From: Candidatus Altimarinota bacterium
GTDB taxonomy: Bacteria; Patescibacteriota; Gracilibacteria; UBA1369
Reading direction: 5' to 3'
DNA length: 32,000 nucleotides
NCBI GenBank assembly: GCA_041659405.1
Contig: JBAZYK010000001.1
Coordinates: forward strand, 203,047-235,046
The position numbers and the translations under genes were made by a program. The stretch's first letter is position 1. Every line of letters begins with the position of its first letter. Positions 1-10,538 of this stretch are shown piece after piece. Below the pieces are notes generated by a model. It was not told the DNA's origin and did no database searches. It saw only the letters and a program-made list of their open reading frames with translations.

Positions 1-1
1 T

Positions 2-2275
2 TTTCTTTTGGCGCTAACTTTTGAGCCGCCATCATCAACAAATAAAAATAATGGCGAGGGCACTTTTGGCCTTGCCTATGCCGATATTTCAACCGGAGAA
101 TTGCGTGTAACCGAGCTTCATAATCTGCAGGATGTTCAGACTGAACTGGAAAGAATTCATCCAAAAGAAGCTCTGATTCCTGCCGATCTTTTGAATGAAT
201 CTTTCTTTAAATCAATCAATCAGTCACAACTGCAAACTTTCTTTTTTACGACTGAATGCCCACCGGATAGTGAACAATTTTTGAAAAACTTTTTGGAGGT
301 TAAAGATTTGAATGGCTTTGGTTTGGAAGGTCAAATTGTGGCTATTAAAGCCGCTGCGCTGATTTTGAATTATCTTCAGGAAACGCAAAAAACGAGCTTG
401 AAACATATTCAAGGACTGCAAACTTATCAGCTTTCGGAGTTTATGCCGATTGATGAGAGCACTTTAAAGAATTTGGAAATTACTTCTACGCTGCGTGAAA
501 ATAAATTGGAAGGATCACTGTTATGGGTTTTGGACAGGACAATAACCTCTATGGGAGGCCGTGCTTTGCGGTATGCCCTGACTCACCCGCTGCTGGATGC
601 GGAAAAAATTCAGGAACGGCTGGATGCGGTTGATGATCTTTTCCAAAATGCTTCGATCCTGGACGATTTAAGAGAGGTTTTAAAGCAGGTTTTGGACTTT
701 GAACGACTACTGGCCCGTTTAAGTTTGGGCCACGGTAATGCGCGCGATTTATTGGGTTTAAAAGTGTCGCTTAAAAGTATTCCGTATGTTCAGAGCATTT
801 TAATGGGTTTGCATGCTCCACTTTTAAAACAAATTTTGGGTAATCTGGATGCGCTGCCCGATTTGGTTGAGCTTATTGAGAAAGCCATTATTGATGAACC
901 ACCATTGGCGATTCGTGAAGGTGGCATGATTAAAGATGGCTATAATGCTGAACTTGATAAGATCAAAAAAATCAGCCGCGATGGCAAGGGTTTTATTCAG
1001 GCTCTTCAGGAAAAAGAAATCGAACGCACCGGAATAAATTCGCTAAAAATTCGTTATAACAGTGTTTTTGGATATTATATTGAAATCAGTAAAACCAATC
1101 TGCATGCGGTTCCCACCGATTATACCCGCAAACAGACTTTGGTTAATGCTGAACGTTTTATCACTCCGGAATTGAAAGAATATGAAGAAAAAGTTTTAGG
1201 GGCCGAAGAAAAGATTGTGGCGATGGAGTATGAAATTTTTAATGCGCTGCGAATGCGTGTGGTAGAGGAAATTGGACGAATTCAAAAGTTGGCTAAAGGA
1301 ATTGCGGCCTTGGATATGCTGGGTTCTTTTGCCAGAGTTGCAGTTGATAATTGTTATTGCAAGCCGGTGATTACCCGGTTGACTAGTCAATTGAATATCC
1401 ATATTCAATCCGGTCGGCATCCGGTAGTGGAAAAAATGACTTTTGCTTCACGTTTTGTGCCAAATGATGTGCTGCTTGATTCAGGAGAAAATCAACTTTT
1501 GCTGATTACCGGCCCGAATATGGGCGGTAAATCGACCTATTTACGTCAGGTTGCGCTTATTACTTTGATGGCTCACATAGGCAGTTTTGTGCCTGCGGCA
1601 AAGGCTGAAATCGGATTGGTTGATCGTATTTTCACTCGCGTTGGGGCTTCCGATAATTTGATGCGAGGACAAAGTACATTTATGGTGGAAATGCAGGAAA
1701 CGGCTTACATTCTGCATAATGCCACTGCTAAAAGTTTGATTATTTTGGATGAAATCGGACGTGGAACTTCAACTTATGATGGCATGAGTATCGCCTGGGC
1801 AATTACGGAATTTATTCATGATAAAATTGGTGCGAAAACTTTATTTGCTACGCATTATCATGAGCTGATTGCGCTGGCGGAAAAGCTGCCACATGCGGAA
1901 AACTATTGTGTAGCCGTTAAAGAAAATGAAGAAGATGGTGTGGTCTTTTTGTATAAAATTGTTAAAGGTGGAGTGGATAGAAGTTATGGAATTGAAGTGG
2001 CAAAATTGGCCGGATTACCTGCTGAAGTGGTTGGCAAAGCACGTCAAATTTTGGCAGATTTGGAAGAAGGAGTTTTAGAAGCTGGAATTCAAAAAGAGCT
2101 TACGGATGCGAGCAAACGAGTTGCCCCGGGACAAACTGAAATTTTTGAACAGGGGCGAATTCATCAGGAAATCAAACCAAATCCGGCCATTGAAGAACTC
2201 AAAAAACTGGACCTTAATTCAATGACGCCGATTGAGGCGTTGAATGCATTGGCAGCCCTAAAAAAGAATTTCTAA
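2..2275 (+). CDS. mutS: DNA mismatch repair protein MutS, 5'-truncated by the window edge
   Basis: Walker A GPNMGGKSTYLRQVALI, DEIGRGTSTYDGMSIAWA, GLAYADISTGE connector motif; frame stays open to the window start, lacking the N-terminal mismatch-binding domain. Confidence 0.97.
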   Translation, partial: FLLALTFEPPSSTNKNNGEGTFGLAYADISTGELRVTELHNLQDVQTELERIHPKEALIPADLLNESFFKSINQSQLQTFFFTTECPPDSEQFLKNFLEVKDLNGFGLEGQIVAIKAAALILNYLQETQKTSLKHIQGLQTYQLSEFMPIDESTLKNLEITSTLRENKLEGSLLWVLDRTITSMGGRALRYALTHPLLDAEKIQERLDAVDDLFQNASILDDLREVLKQVLDFERLLARLSLGHGNARDLLGLKVSLKSIPYVQSILMGLHAPLLKQILGNLDALPDLVELIEKAIIDEPPLAIREGGMIKDGYNAELDKIKKISRDGKGFIQALQEKEIERTGINSLKIRYNSVFGYYIEISKTNLHAVPTDYTRKQTLVNAERFITPELKEYEEKVLGAEEKIVAMEYEIFNALRMRVVEEIGRIQKLAKGIAALDMLGSFARVAVDNCYCKPVITRLTSQLNIHIQSGRHPVVEKMTFASRFVPNDVLLDSGENQLLLITGPNMGGKSTYLRQVALITLMAHIGSFVPAAKAEIGLVDRIFTRVGASDNLMRGQSTFMVEMQETAYILHNATAKSLIILDEIGRGTSTYDGMSIAWAITEFIHDKIGAKTLFATHYHELIALAEKLPHAENYCVAVKENEEDGVVFLYKIVKGGVDRSYGIEVAKLAGLPAEVVGKARQILADLEEGVLEAGIQKELTDASKRVAPGQTEIFEQGRIHQEIKPNPAIEELKKLDLNSMTPIEALNALAALKKNF

Positions 2276-2285
2276 ATTTTATTTT

Positions 2286-4187
2286 ATGTCTAAAATCCAA
2301 GTCCTTCCAGATTTTTTGATTAACCAGATCGCTGCGGGTGAAGTTGTGGAGCGGCCTGCTTCGGTTGTGAAGGAGCTTGTGGAAAACTCTTTGGATGCCG
2401 GTGCGACTTCCGTTACTGTTGAAGTTGATGGCGGTGGAGATACTCTGCTACGCATTACAGATAATGGCTATGGCATGGATCAGGATGATGCACTTTTGGC
2501 TTTTGAAAGGCATGCGACCAGCAAAATTTCCACTCAAGATGACTTGGTGAATATTCATACACTTGGTTTTAGAGGTGAAGCTTTGGCTTCAATTGCTTCT
2601 GTTTCTTCGATGACTTTGCAGACCAAAAAAAAGGGTGCCATGGAAGGAACTATCGTAATTTGCGAAGGTGGCGAAATGAAAAAATTGAAACCGGCGGGAA
2701 TGCCTGAGGGAACCCAAATTGAAATCAAACAACTTTTTTTTAATACTCCTGCGCGCAAGAAATATTTAAAAAATACGGTCACGGAATACAATCATATTTT
2801 TAATACGATTACCGGATTGGCTTTGGCTTTTCCGCAAGTCGCTTTTAAACTGATTCATGATGAAAAGATCGTGCTTGATTTGCCGGCTACGGAAGACCAT
2901 TTTTCAAGGATCAGAAATTTAATGGGACGAACGATTGCCGATGAATTGATTCCGGTTTTTTATGGTCATTCGCAGCTTCATCTGGAAGGTTTTATTGGCA
3001 AACCGCTGATTGCCCGCGCGAATCGCAATGCCCAATATTTATTTGTGAATAATCGCGAAGTAAAATCGCATGTTTTGTCTTATTCCGTAAAGGAAAGTTA
3101 TTATTCGCTTCTGCCAAAGGAAAAATATCCGGTGTTCTTTTTGTTTTATCATTTGGATCCGGAATTGGTTGATGTAAACGTTCATCCACGCAAAAGTGAA
3201 GTGCGTTTCCGTGATGAAAGAGAGATTTTTCGCATTACTTCTCAGGCCTGCCATAAGTCTTTGGAAACGCATATCTTGGCACCACAAATCAATTCCAATG
3301 GACCGGTAAATTATTACCAGGAACGTTCTCCGCAGCCATTAAAAATGATGGATAGTGGTAATTCCGTTGTTGGTTCCGGAAATGGTTTAGGGCTTAGATC
3401 TCCGCAACTTGTGCAGGTCGCACTGGATTTTACAAAAGATTTCAGTGCCGGATTGAACAATAAAACTGGTTTTCAAAATGGAACAGGCGTGCTGCAAAAC
3501 GATAATGCTCAAGAAAATCTGCCTGGTTCGGAAATGCGCAAAGGCGCTGTAAATGAACAAAATTCTACTGTCGGCGAACATAATGAACTGGAAAGAGCAC
3601 ACAGTGAAGAGCTGATTCCGCTGGGGCAATTGGCTTTATCATATATTCTTTGCCAACAGGGAAAAGCTTTGGTGATTGTTGATCAACATGCCGCTCATGA
3701 ACGCATCAGGTACACGGAAATTCTGGAAGATTTTGCAAAGCAGATTAGGGCTTCGCAGCCGCTTTTAACGCCACTTACTTTTGAGCTTTCGCAAAAAGAA
3801 TGCGCCATTATTCAAGAAAATAATGAAATTTTAGAAGGCCTTGGTTTTGAAATAGAGCCATTTGGAGGAAACACTTTTGTGCTCCATTCTGTCCCGAATT
3901 TTATGGTTCAGGAAGATATTCAAAAAACACTTTTGGGACTGATTGATGATCTGGGTAGTCAAAGTCAAAAAGGTGACTTCCTTAAGCGCAAAGAAAAGTC
4001 TTTGATTTATATGGCTTGTCGTTCCGCCAGAAAATTTGGAGACGTATTGTCTGCATCGGAACAAAAAGAACTGGTGAAAAAGCTGATGACTTTGGCGTTT
4101 CCATACACTTGCCCACACGGAAGACCAACCATGGTAATCATGAGCGAAGGAGAGCTTCTAAAGCGCTTTGGCAGGGATTACAGCTAA
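2286..4187 (+). CDS. mutL: DNA mismatch repair protein MutL
   Basis: IAAGEVVERPASVVKELVENSLDAG, GFRGEALASI, DVNVHPRKSEVRF, C-terminal DQHAAHERIRY and CPHGRPT; 10 bp downstream of mutS. Confidence 0.97.
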   Translation: MSKIQVLPDFLINQIAAGEVVERPASVVKELVENSLDAGATSVTVEVDGGGDTLLRITDNGYGMDQDDALLAFERHATSKISTQDDLVNIHTLGFRGEALASIASVSSMTLQTKKKGAMEGTIVICEGGEMKKLKPAGMPEGTQIEIKQLFFNTPARKKYLKNTVTEYNHIFNTITGLALAFPQVAFKLIHDEKIVLDLPATEDHFSRIRNLMGRTIADELIPVFYGHSQLHLEGFIGKPLIARANRNAQYLFVNNREVKSHVLSYSVKESYYSLLPKEKYPVFFLFYHLDPELVDVNVHPRKSEVRFRDEREIFRITSQACHKSLETHILAPQINSNGPVNYYQERSPQPLKMMDSGNSVVGSGNGLGLRSPQLVQVALDFTKDFSAGLNNKTGFQNGTGVLQNDNAQENLPGSEMRKGAVNEQNSTVGEHNELERAHSEELIPLGQLALSYILCQQGKALVIVDQHAAHERIRYTEILEDFAKQIRASQPLLTPLTFELSQKECAIIQENNEILEGLGFEIEPFGGNTFVLHSVPNFMVQEDIQKTLLGLIDDLGSQSQKGDFLKRKEKSLIYMACRSARKFGDVLSASEQKELVKKLMTLAFPYTCPHGRPTMVIMSEGELLKRFGRDYS

Positions 4188-4189
4188 TA

Positions 4190-6358
4190 CTACTTTCCAA
4201 TTAAAGCCGCAAAATAAAGATCTTGGTTTAGATCGCCGGTGAATTGGAGTTGTCCACTTTCATCTTTTGGTAAATTTTCCGGATATTTTTTATAAATACT
4301 TATTCCCGGTTTAAATATGACTCTTTTTTTAAGGCTGCTAATAACTATGCCTGGTTGTTTTTGAATAAAAATGCGATATGCGTCAGCCGTAGCCAACTTT
4401 AAACGATTGGGCAATTTGTAGCTTAAACTAAAGGTTTTAGGATACTCAGCATTAACATTCATTTCAAACATGAAATAAGTTTTTTGAATTTCCTCGTCAA
4501 ATTTGGTTTCGATTTTGCTTTGATCTATGCCATCGGCGCTTAATAAAACGCTATCTTTTGGAACATAAACTTTGATGAACGATTTATTTTTTCCTCCGCC
4601 AAGAATGAATTTTAATGTTGGAGAAAGATCATTATCAAAACCAAAGGATTTAATGGTTTTCTTGATCTTCTGAAGCGCTTCCAGATTCCAGGTATCGGTG
4701 CGGGAAATCGTTAGATTATCAACAATATTGCCGTCCAGATCCACAAAAGTATCGTGCTGAAGATTTTGTTTAATATAAAGATCGCTCTTATTTCCACCAA
4801 TAGAAGTTGTGATTACATTCAGATAATCATCGGTTGGTTGAATTTGGGTAACACGACCGCTTAAATATAAATCATCAAATAATTTTTGAATTTCACTATC
4901 ACGTGAATACAGCAAAATGCTTTTCTCTTTAAGGCCTTTCACGAAGGCTGCAAGTGTTTTTCCGAAGGTTTCATTTTTGAAAAGTTTATCTTTAAATGCG
5001 GGAATAAATTCACGAAGGATTTTTTTTGGATCCTGCGCGCCACTTAATTTTGACTCAATCATGTAAGAAAGAATGGTCTGATAATTGTCTTTGGTTAGCG
5101 CTGCATTCAGGCCATCAAGCGTGATCGGGCCGGTGATATCAAAAAGATCAGCCAAAAAATGTTGGTTGATTGCTATGACGGAATCCACACTTGGCCCTTT
5201 TTCTTTCTGTAAAAACCAGGCCGCTTTCTCGGCTGAAATCGCAAAATCAGGGGAATAATTGGAATCACGCAAGCGCCAGTTTTTGCTTATCCTGGCTATA
5301 TCTTCCGGCGCGGGAATGTCTTCCTGAAGCTGTCCATCGGATTCATAGACATCATGAAAATCCATTTTTGTCAGATAGCCATCATTAAAATCGGCGATTA
5401 TATAACTGCCGATAAATCCGCCGGTTGGACGAGATTCGGTATCATTCTGCAACAAAATTAAATAACGATGAGGATAACGGTCTCCTAAAAGTTTTAGGAA
5501 TACCGGAATTCTTTCCTGAAAAGATTGAACAATTTGGAGAAGCGCAGCCACTTTATTTTTGCCATCCTGGAATTTAGCTTCATACTGCGGTGGCAAAACT
5601 TTTGGGTCAACCAGCACAAGATTATCGTTGGCTATTTCAAGCTCCTGACTGGCTTTATCAAGAAAACTTAAATCCTGACGAAGCTTGGTGGTAAGCAGAA
5701 TTTTAGGTTGAGCCGAATCTTGAGCGACACTCGTGGTGGTTTGATTTTCCTTAAGAATAAGCTCCGGTAACTGTTTAATATTTTCAATACCTTTGGCAAA
5801 ATCTTTTCCCGCTTCGGATACATTTTTGCCTGCCTGCAATATTCCCTCAACCGTTTGCACCGTTTTTTCCTGGGAGAAAAACAGGTTTTGATTTGAACTT
5901 AAAAAATTGATGTTTTTAAGAGCGGCCTGAAAATTGGTACTCGCTTTATCAAAGTTATCATTGGCGGCGTTAAAATTAACGTTTTTGGCGTCTACGCCGG
6001 CATTTTGAATCTGCTGATAACCCGCAGCAGCCGAAGCAATAATATTATCTTTTATAACAAGTCCACGTTGATAAATATTAATTCCATTTAGCGCAAACAG
6101 GATTAAAATTCCGCAGGCAACCAAACGGGTAAGTTCGGAAACTTTGTCGTAAATTTGATTTTTTCCGTTATCAACTTTGTAGGAAAAACTTTTTTTAGAT
6201 TTGGATTCACAAGTCTGTGTAATAACCGATTTTCCTTTATTTGAAGCCGAAAGGTCCAGTACGTTCTTTTGTTCTTGAGGCACATGAAGATCATGATCTT
6301 TGATTGTGATCAAAAAAGAACCTTTGCTTTGAATGTCGCGCAGTATTTTGTTCTTCAT
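4190..6358 (-). CDS. DUF4012-like membrane-anchored protein
   Basis: RYLILLQNDTESRPTGGFIGSYIIADFNDG, RDSNYSPDFAISAEKA; single TM helix LVACGILILFALNGINIY near the N-terminus. Confidence 0.8.
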   Translation of the reverse strand: MKNKILRDIQSKGSFLITIKDHDLHVPQEQKNVLDLSASNKGKSVITQTCESKSKKSFSYKVDNGKNQIYDKVSELTRLVACGILILFALNGINIYQRGLVIKDNIIASAAAGYQQIQNAGVDAKNVNFNAANDNFDKASTNFQAALKNINFLSSNQNLFFSQEKTVQTVEGILQAGKNVSEAGKDFAKGIENIKQLPELILKENQTTTSVAQDSAQPKILLTTKLRQDLSFLDKASQELEIANDNLVLVDPKVLPPQYEAKFQDGKNKVAALLQIVQSFQERIPVFLKLLGDRYPHRYLILLQNDTESRPTGGFIGSYIIADFNDGYLTKMDFHDVYESDGQLQEDIPAPEDIARISKNWRLRDSNYSPDFAISAEKAAWFLQKEKGPSVDSVIAINQHFLADLFDITGPITLDGLNAALTKDNYQTILSYMIESKLSGAQDPKKILREFIPAFKDKLFKNETFGKTLAAFVKGLKEKSILLYSRDSEIQKLFDDLYLSGRVTQIQPTDDYLNVITTSIGGNKSDLYIKQNLQHDTFVDLDGNIVDNLTISRTDTWNLEALQKIKKTIKSFGFDNDLSPTLKFILGGGKNKSFIKVYVPKDSVLLSADGIDQSKIETKFDEEIQKTYFMFEMNVNAEYPKTFSLSYKLPNRLKLATADAYRIFIQKQPGIVISSLKKRVIFKPGISIYKKYPENLPKDESGQLQFTGDLNQDLYFAALIGK

Positions 6359-6370
6359 GGTTGATTTGCC

Positions 6371-8275
6371 TTACAACACCTTTATCAGGTAAAGATCCGC
6401 TATTCCATCATCAAAGAAATTTTTGGCAGAACTAATGGTGCCAAATGGCGCCAAATAAGTGCTAAGAACTTTGTTATTGTTCAATCCAAATGCCGCAAAA
6501 ATCGCACCTAAATTAAGTTCATTAATTTGATCAGCGGTACGCGCAATCGGCTGGATTGTGTCTTTATAAAGCGCGCTGTTTTTAAGGTTGGTCTTTTTGC
6601 TACCAAGACTGCGATCAATACTTTGCTGTAAAGATTCAAGGCTTGTACTAACCGCTAAAACATTTCCCAAAGCCGTGTAATGAATCCCGAAGCCTTTATC
6701 GCCAATGGCCAAAGAACTTATATTAACGCCGTTATAAACACTATCTGAACGGGTAATTTGTTCCGGGCTGGCTACGATTTCTTGGCCTTTTGTGCCATCT
6801 GGCAGCGTTACATCCTGTATTTTTGGTTCAAAAATAGCGCTCATCTTTACAAACGCATTGACGATTTTTTCAACACGAAGTAAATCGGAATTCTTATCGT
6901 TTAATTCCAGGTAAAAATTAACTTCCGGTTGCTCAAAACTCTTTTGAGCGGTAACAAGATATTCACCTTTTAATAATGGGAAAATATCATCCGTAAGTGA
7001 AATATCTTTACCCAAATATTTTTCTTTCTGGTATTCAAGCAGGCCCTGAACGATCACTGCATTTGCCTTTGTACCGGCCTTAAACAGGTCTTCCATGCGG
7101 CTGAGTTCTTTGTTTATATCATGGCCTCCCATAATCATTATTGGATTTTCGGCAGCGAGTTCCAAAAGTTTTCCCGCGTATTTATCGCTGTAAGTTAGGT
7201 AGGTATTTCCGTTCAATTCGGCGCGATTAATACTGCTGAAAGTCTGGATATGGAATTCTTTATTTTCCGCGAAGACGGTCATTCCGGCAGCGGAGAAAAT
7301 CTTTAGAAATGGCTGCAGATTGTTAAAATCCTGAATCTTTCTACTCATGAAAACCGGATTTTTAAGAAGTACCTCGAAAAATTTAGGAATGTTTACGTAT
7401 CCAAAAGCAAGCCCATTGGATGGAAGATTGTTTGCCACTTTTCGATAATTAACCTCATCGGCAAGGTTCAAATTTGAATTACTTTTTTCATTAATAAAAT
7501 CTTTAAGAAGGTCGTAACCGGAAGTCAGGACCAGATATTTATTAAAGAAAGTAAAGCTGATGGTTTGGCTGTTTTTGTAATGATAAAGCGTATAACCGCG
7601 AAGATTTTCCTGAAGAAGTTCGTCTCCGGATTGCTGCATTAAGCGAGTTTTGAAAAAACCAATAGCTGCATTTGCGTCCTTAACTTCCACCATTAAAACC
7701 GGATTTAATTTGCCGTCCGGAGTGCTGGATTTAACCATAACAAAGCCGGCTTTGCGGCCAATCCATGGCGAAATATTTTGGTAAGTTGCCGGCAAAACTA
7801 CATTTAAAAGTCCAATCAGTTCCGCCTTCCGGTACAGAGGATAATTTGCGAGTGCCTTATAAAATTGCTGAACCTGACTTGAGTCGCCATCAATATTGAC
7901 CTCCAACAAGCCAACTGTCGCATCTGCAGGTAATAATTCGGCTAAGGGTTGAGCTCTAAATATTTTTTGAAAAATCAGAACACTTACAAAAACCAGCCCG
8001 CAAATTGAAATCACCAACAAAACCGCACCTTTTATTTTTCGACTATTCTCGGGGGTAAGCTTTGCTTTTTTTTCAGGGGTGGCGGTAGCTTCAAGCTGTG
8101 ATACAAGCTCGCTCATTGTGGTTGTCTCTTCCGCTTTTTGATCCAGCTCTTTCTTCTTTGGCTTAATTTTCTTAAGCAGTTTTTTAAATTTCCCATTTTT
8201 TGGCTTCTCCTGTTCAATCATTGTTTCATTTTTTTTGGTTGAAGCTACGGTCTTTTTTTTGCTTTTTTTTCCCAT
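6371..8275 (-). CDS. DUF3352-like membrane-anchored protein
   Basis: Lys-rich cytoplasmic N-terminus, TM AVLLVISICGLVFVSVLIF, then LLPADATVGLLEVNIDGD...FYKAL; same orientation and 12 bp from the DUF4012-like gene. Confidence 0.7.
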   Translation of the reverse strand: MGKKSKKKTVASTKKNETMIEQEKPKNGKFKKLLKKIKPKKKELDQKAEETTTMSELVSQLEATATPEKKAKLTPENSRKIKGAVLLVISICGLVFVSVLIFQKIFRAQPLAELLPADATVGLLEVNIDGDSSQVQQFYKALANYPLYRKAELIGLLNVVLPATYQNISPWIGRKAGFVMVKSSTPDGKLNPVLMVEVKDANAAIGFFKTRLMQQSGDELLQENLRGYTLYHYKNSQTISFTFFNKYLVLTSGYDLLKDFINEKSNSNLNLADEVNYRKVANNLPSNGLAFGYVNIPKFFEVLLKNPVFMSRKIQDFNNLQPFLKIFSAAGMTVFAENKEFHIQTFSSINRAELNGNTYLTYSDKYAGKLLELAAENPIMIMGGHDINKELSRMEDLFKAGTKANAVIVQGLLEYQKEKYLGKDISLTDDIFPLLKGEYLVTAQKSFEQPEVNFYLELNDKNSDLLRVEKIVNAFVKMSAIFEPKIQDVTLPDGTKGQEIVASPEQITRSDSVYNGVNISSLAIGDKGFGIHYTALGNVLAVSTSLESLQQSIDRSLGSKKTNLKNSALYKDTIQPIARTADQINELNLGAIFAAFGLNNNKVLSTYLAPFGTISSAKNFFDDGIADLYLIKVL

Positions 8276-8453
8276 ACTAGAAAATTAAATTAAATGAGCT
8301 CGCGTCGCTTGCGATAGTAAAACGCACTTCGCGCGCGATAGAAAATTAGTCCAGATTAGTATCGCAGAATTCATTTTAAAGTTCAATTAAAATCTATTGG
8401 CGATATAAAGGAATCTGCTATAATTCAACACCGAAAACCCATTACATTTTTTT

Positions 8454-10427
8454 ATGCTTGCAAAAGACCTTCGAAGACGATTTATAGACTTCTTTGTCCA
8501 GAAACACGGACATGCGGAAATCAAGAGTGCCTCGGTCATTCCGGAAAATGATCCAACGGTTTTGTTTACCACTGCCGGGATGCATCCACTTGTGCCTTAT
8601 TTAATGGGCGAACCTCATCCGGCCGGAAAACGTCTGGTTGATGTACAAAAATCCATTCGCACTGATGATATTGATGAAGTGGGAGATGCCACACATTGCA
8701 CGTTTTTTGAGATGCTTGGGAACTGGTCATTGGGTGATTATTTCAAGAAAGAAGCAATTAAATGGAGTTATGAACTTTTGACATCGGCTTTGAATGAAGG
8801 CGGCCTGGGGCTCGATCCAAAGCGCTTAATGGTGACATGTTTTGCCGGTGACAATGACGCGCCAATAGATAATGAAGCCGCTGATGTTTGGAAAAGTTTG
8901 GGTTTTAAAAGCTTTGAAGATGCTACCAAGGATGATCACCAATTGATTTTCTTTTACGAAAAAAAGAAAAACTGGTGGGGTCCTGCAGGTCAAACCGGTC
9001 CATGCGGCCCGGATACTGAAATGTTTTATGATACTTGTCCGGAACTTCCCTGGGCTTCACACAAGCCCGGTGCATCTGAAGAATTAATCAATAAATATCC
9101 ATTGAAAAATGGAGCTCACTCCGCTCGCACTAATGATGATGGGCACTCCGTGCCTGGTTGTCATGCCAACTGTGAATGTGGGCGTTATATTGAAATTTGG
9201 AATGATGTGTTCATGCAATACAATAAAAAGGCTGATGGAACTTTTGAACCTTTGAAACAGCAAAACGTGGATACAGGCATGGGTTTAGAGCGTGTAGCTG
9301 CCATTTTACAAGGCAAGCCCACTCACTATGAAACTGAACTTTTCGCACCGGTGATGGAAAGAATTGCTGAACTGGCTGTGGGAGAAAAGAGTGGAACTGA
9401 TGAAGAACAAATTATTTCCGGACGTATTATTGCTGATCATTTGCGTGCTTCAACTTTTATTTTGGGGGATCCAATGAGTGTTTTTCCTTCCAATAAAGAT
9501 CAGGGATATATCCTGCGCAGATTGATTCGCCGGGCGATTCGTCATGCTAAAAAACTTGGTATTCACACTAATTTTACGGCGGAGATTGGTAAAATTCTTG
9601 TAGATAATTATGGTGATGTTTATCCCGAGCTTCTAACAAATGAAGCCCGCATAATTGATGAACTTAACAAAGAAGAAATTAAATTCCAAAAAACGCTTGA
9701 ACAGGGGCTTCGTGAAATGCGCAAAATCTGGAAGATGGATGATCTAAATGAATGCCACAAAGAAATTGCGGTTACTCATGGAGATAAGGCGTTTTATGTT
9801 TTTGAAACTTATGGTTTCCCAATTGAAATGATTGAAGAGGAGCTGACAAAAAACGGCTTTCAGATTGAGAAAAGTGAATTCAGAAATAAATTTGATGAGG
9901 CGCAAAAAGCCCATCAGGAAAAATCCCGTTCGGGAAGTGAACAAAAATTTGCCGGTGGATTGGCTGATAATAGCGCTGAATGCACGATGCTTCACACCGC
10001 TACTCACCTGCTTCATAAAGCTTTGAAAATTGTACTTGGTGATGAAGTGAACCAGAAGGGCTCAAACATTACCAAAGAACGTTTGCGTTTTGACTTTAAT
10101 TACGGCCAAAAAATGACTCCGGAACAGGTTAAAAAAGTTGAAGATATTGTGAACGAACAAATTCAACGCGACTTGCCTGTAAGTTTTGAAATTGTCACTG
10201 TGCCCGAGGCAAAAAGCAAAGGTGCGGTAGGGCTTTTTGAAGACAAATATGGCGACAAAGTTAAGGCTTACCACATGGGAGATTTCAGTTATGAAATTTG
10301 CGGAGGGCCCCATGCTCCGCACACCGGCGTTTTGAAGCGCTTTAAGATTCTAAAGGAAGAAGCTTGTTCAGCTGGAATTAGACGCATTAAAGCCGGAGTT
10401 GTGGGCGCGGGAATCAGTGCCGACTGA
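8454..10427 (+). CDS. alaS: Alanyl-tRNA synthetase, short form without the C-Ala domain
   Basis: RRRFIDFFVQKHGHAEIKSASVIP, DDIDEVGDATHCTFFEMLGNWSLGDYFK, DTGMGLERV, editing HTATHLLHKAL and CGGPHAPHTG; ends right after the editing domain. Confidence 0.97.
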   Translation: MLAKDLRRRFIDFFVQKHGHAEIKSASVIPENDPTVLFTTAGMHPLVPYLMGEPHPAGKRLVDVQKSIRTDDIDEVGDATHCTFFEMLGNWSLGDYFKKEAIKWSYELLTSALNEGGLGLDPKRLMVTCFAGDNDAPIDNEAADVWKSLGFKSFEDATKDDHQLIFFYEKKKNWWGPAGQTGPCGPDTEMFYDTCPELPWASHKPGASEELINKYPLKNGAHSARTNDDGHSVPGCHANCECGRYIEIWNDVFMQYNKKADGTFEPLKQQNVDTGMGLERVAAILQGKPTHYETELFAPVMERIAELAVGEKSGTDEEQIISGRIIADHLRASTFILGDPMSVFPSNKDQGYILRRLIRRAIRHAKKLGIHTNFTAEIGKILVDNYGDVYPELLTNEARIIDELNKEEIKFQKTLEQGLREMRKIWKMDDLNECHKEIAVTHGDKAFYVFETYGFPIEMIEEELTKNGFQIEKSEFRNKFDEAQKAHQEKSRSGSEQKFAGGLADNSAECTMLHTATHLLHKALKIVLGDEVNQKGSNITKERLRFDFNYGQKMTPEQVKKVEDIVNEQIQRDLPVSFEIVTVPEAKSKGAVGLFEDKYGDKVKAYHMGDFSYEICGGPHAPHTGVLKRFKILKEEACSAGIRRIKAGVVGAGISAD

Positions 10428-10479
10428 TCAATTACGAATTAAAAATTACGAATTGCGAATTGCTTTGTTTTTATGTACT

Positions 10480-10507
10480 TTGATTTTGTTTTTAGTTGTG
10501 CTATACT
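10480..10507 (+). promoter_or_regulatory. Predicted sigma70-type promoter for the AbiE-like operon
   Basis: TTGATT (10480-10485), 16 bp spacer, TATACT (10502-10507), about 30 bp upstream of the ATG. Confidence 0.5.
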
Positions 10508-10523
10508 GTACATATAAGTACAG
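10506..10523. promoter_or_regulatory. Predicted operator palindrome overlapping the -10 box
   Basis: CTGTACATATAAGTACAG, near-perfect dyad (CTGTACnTATAnGTACAG). Confidence 0.5.
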
Positions 10524-10538
10524 ATTAATTGAATATCA

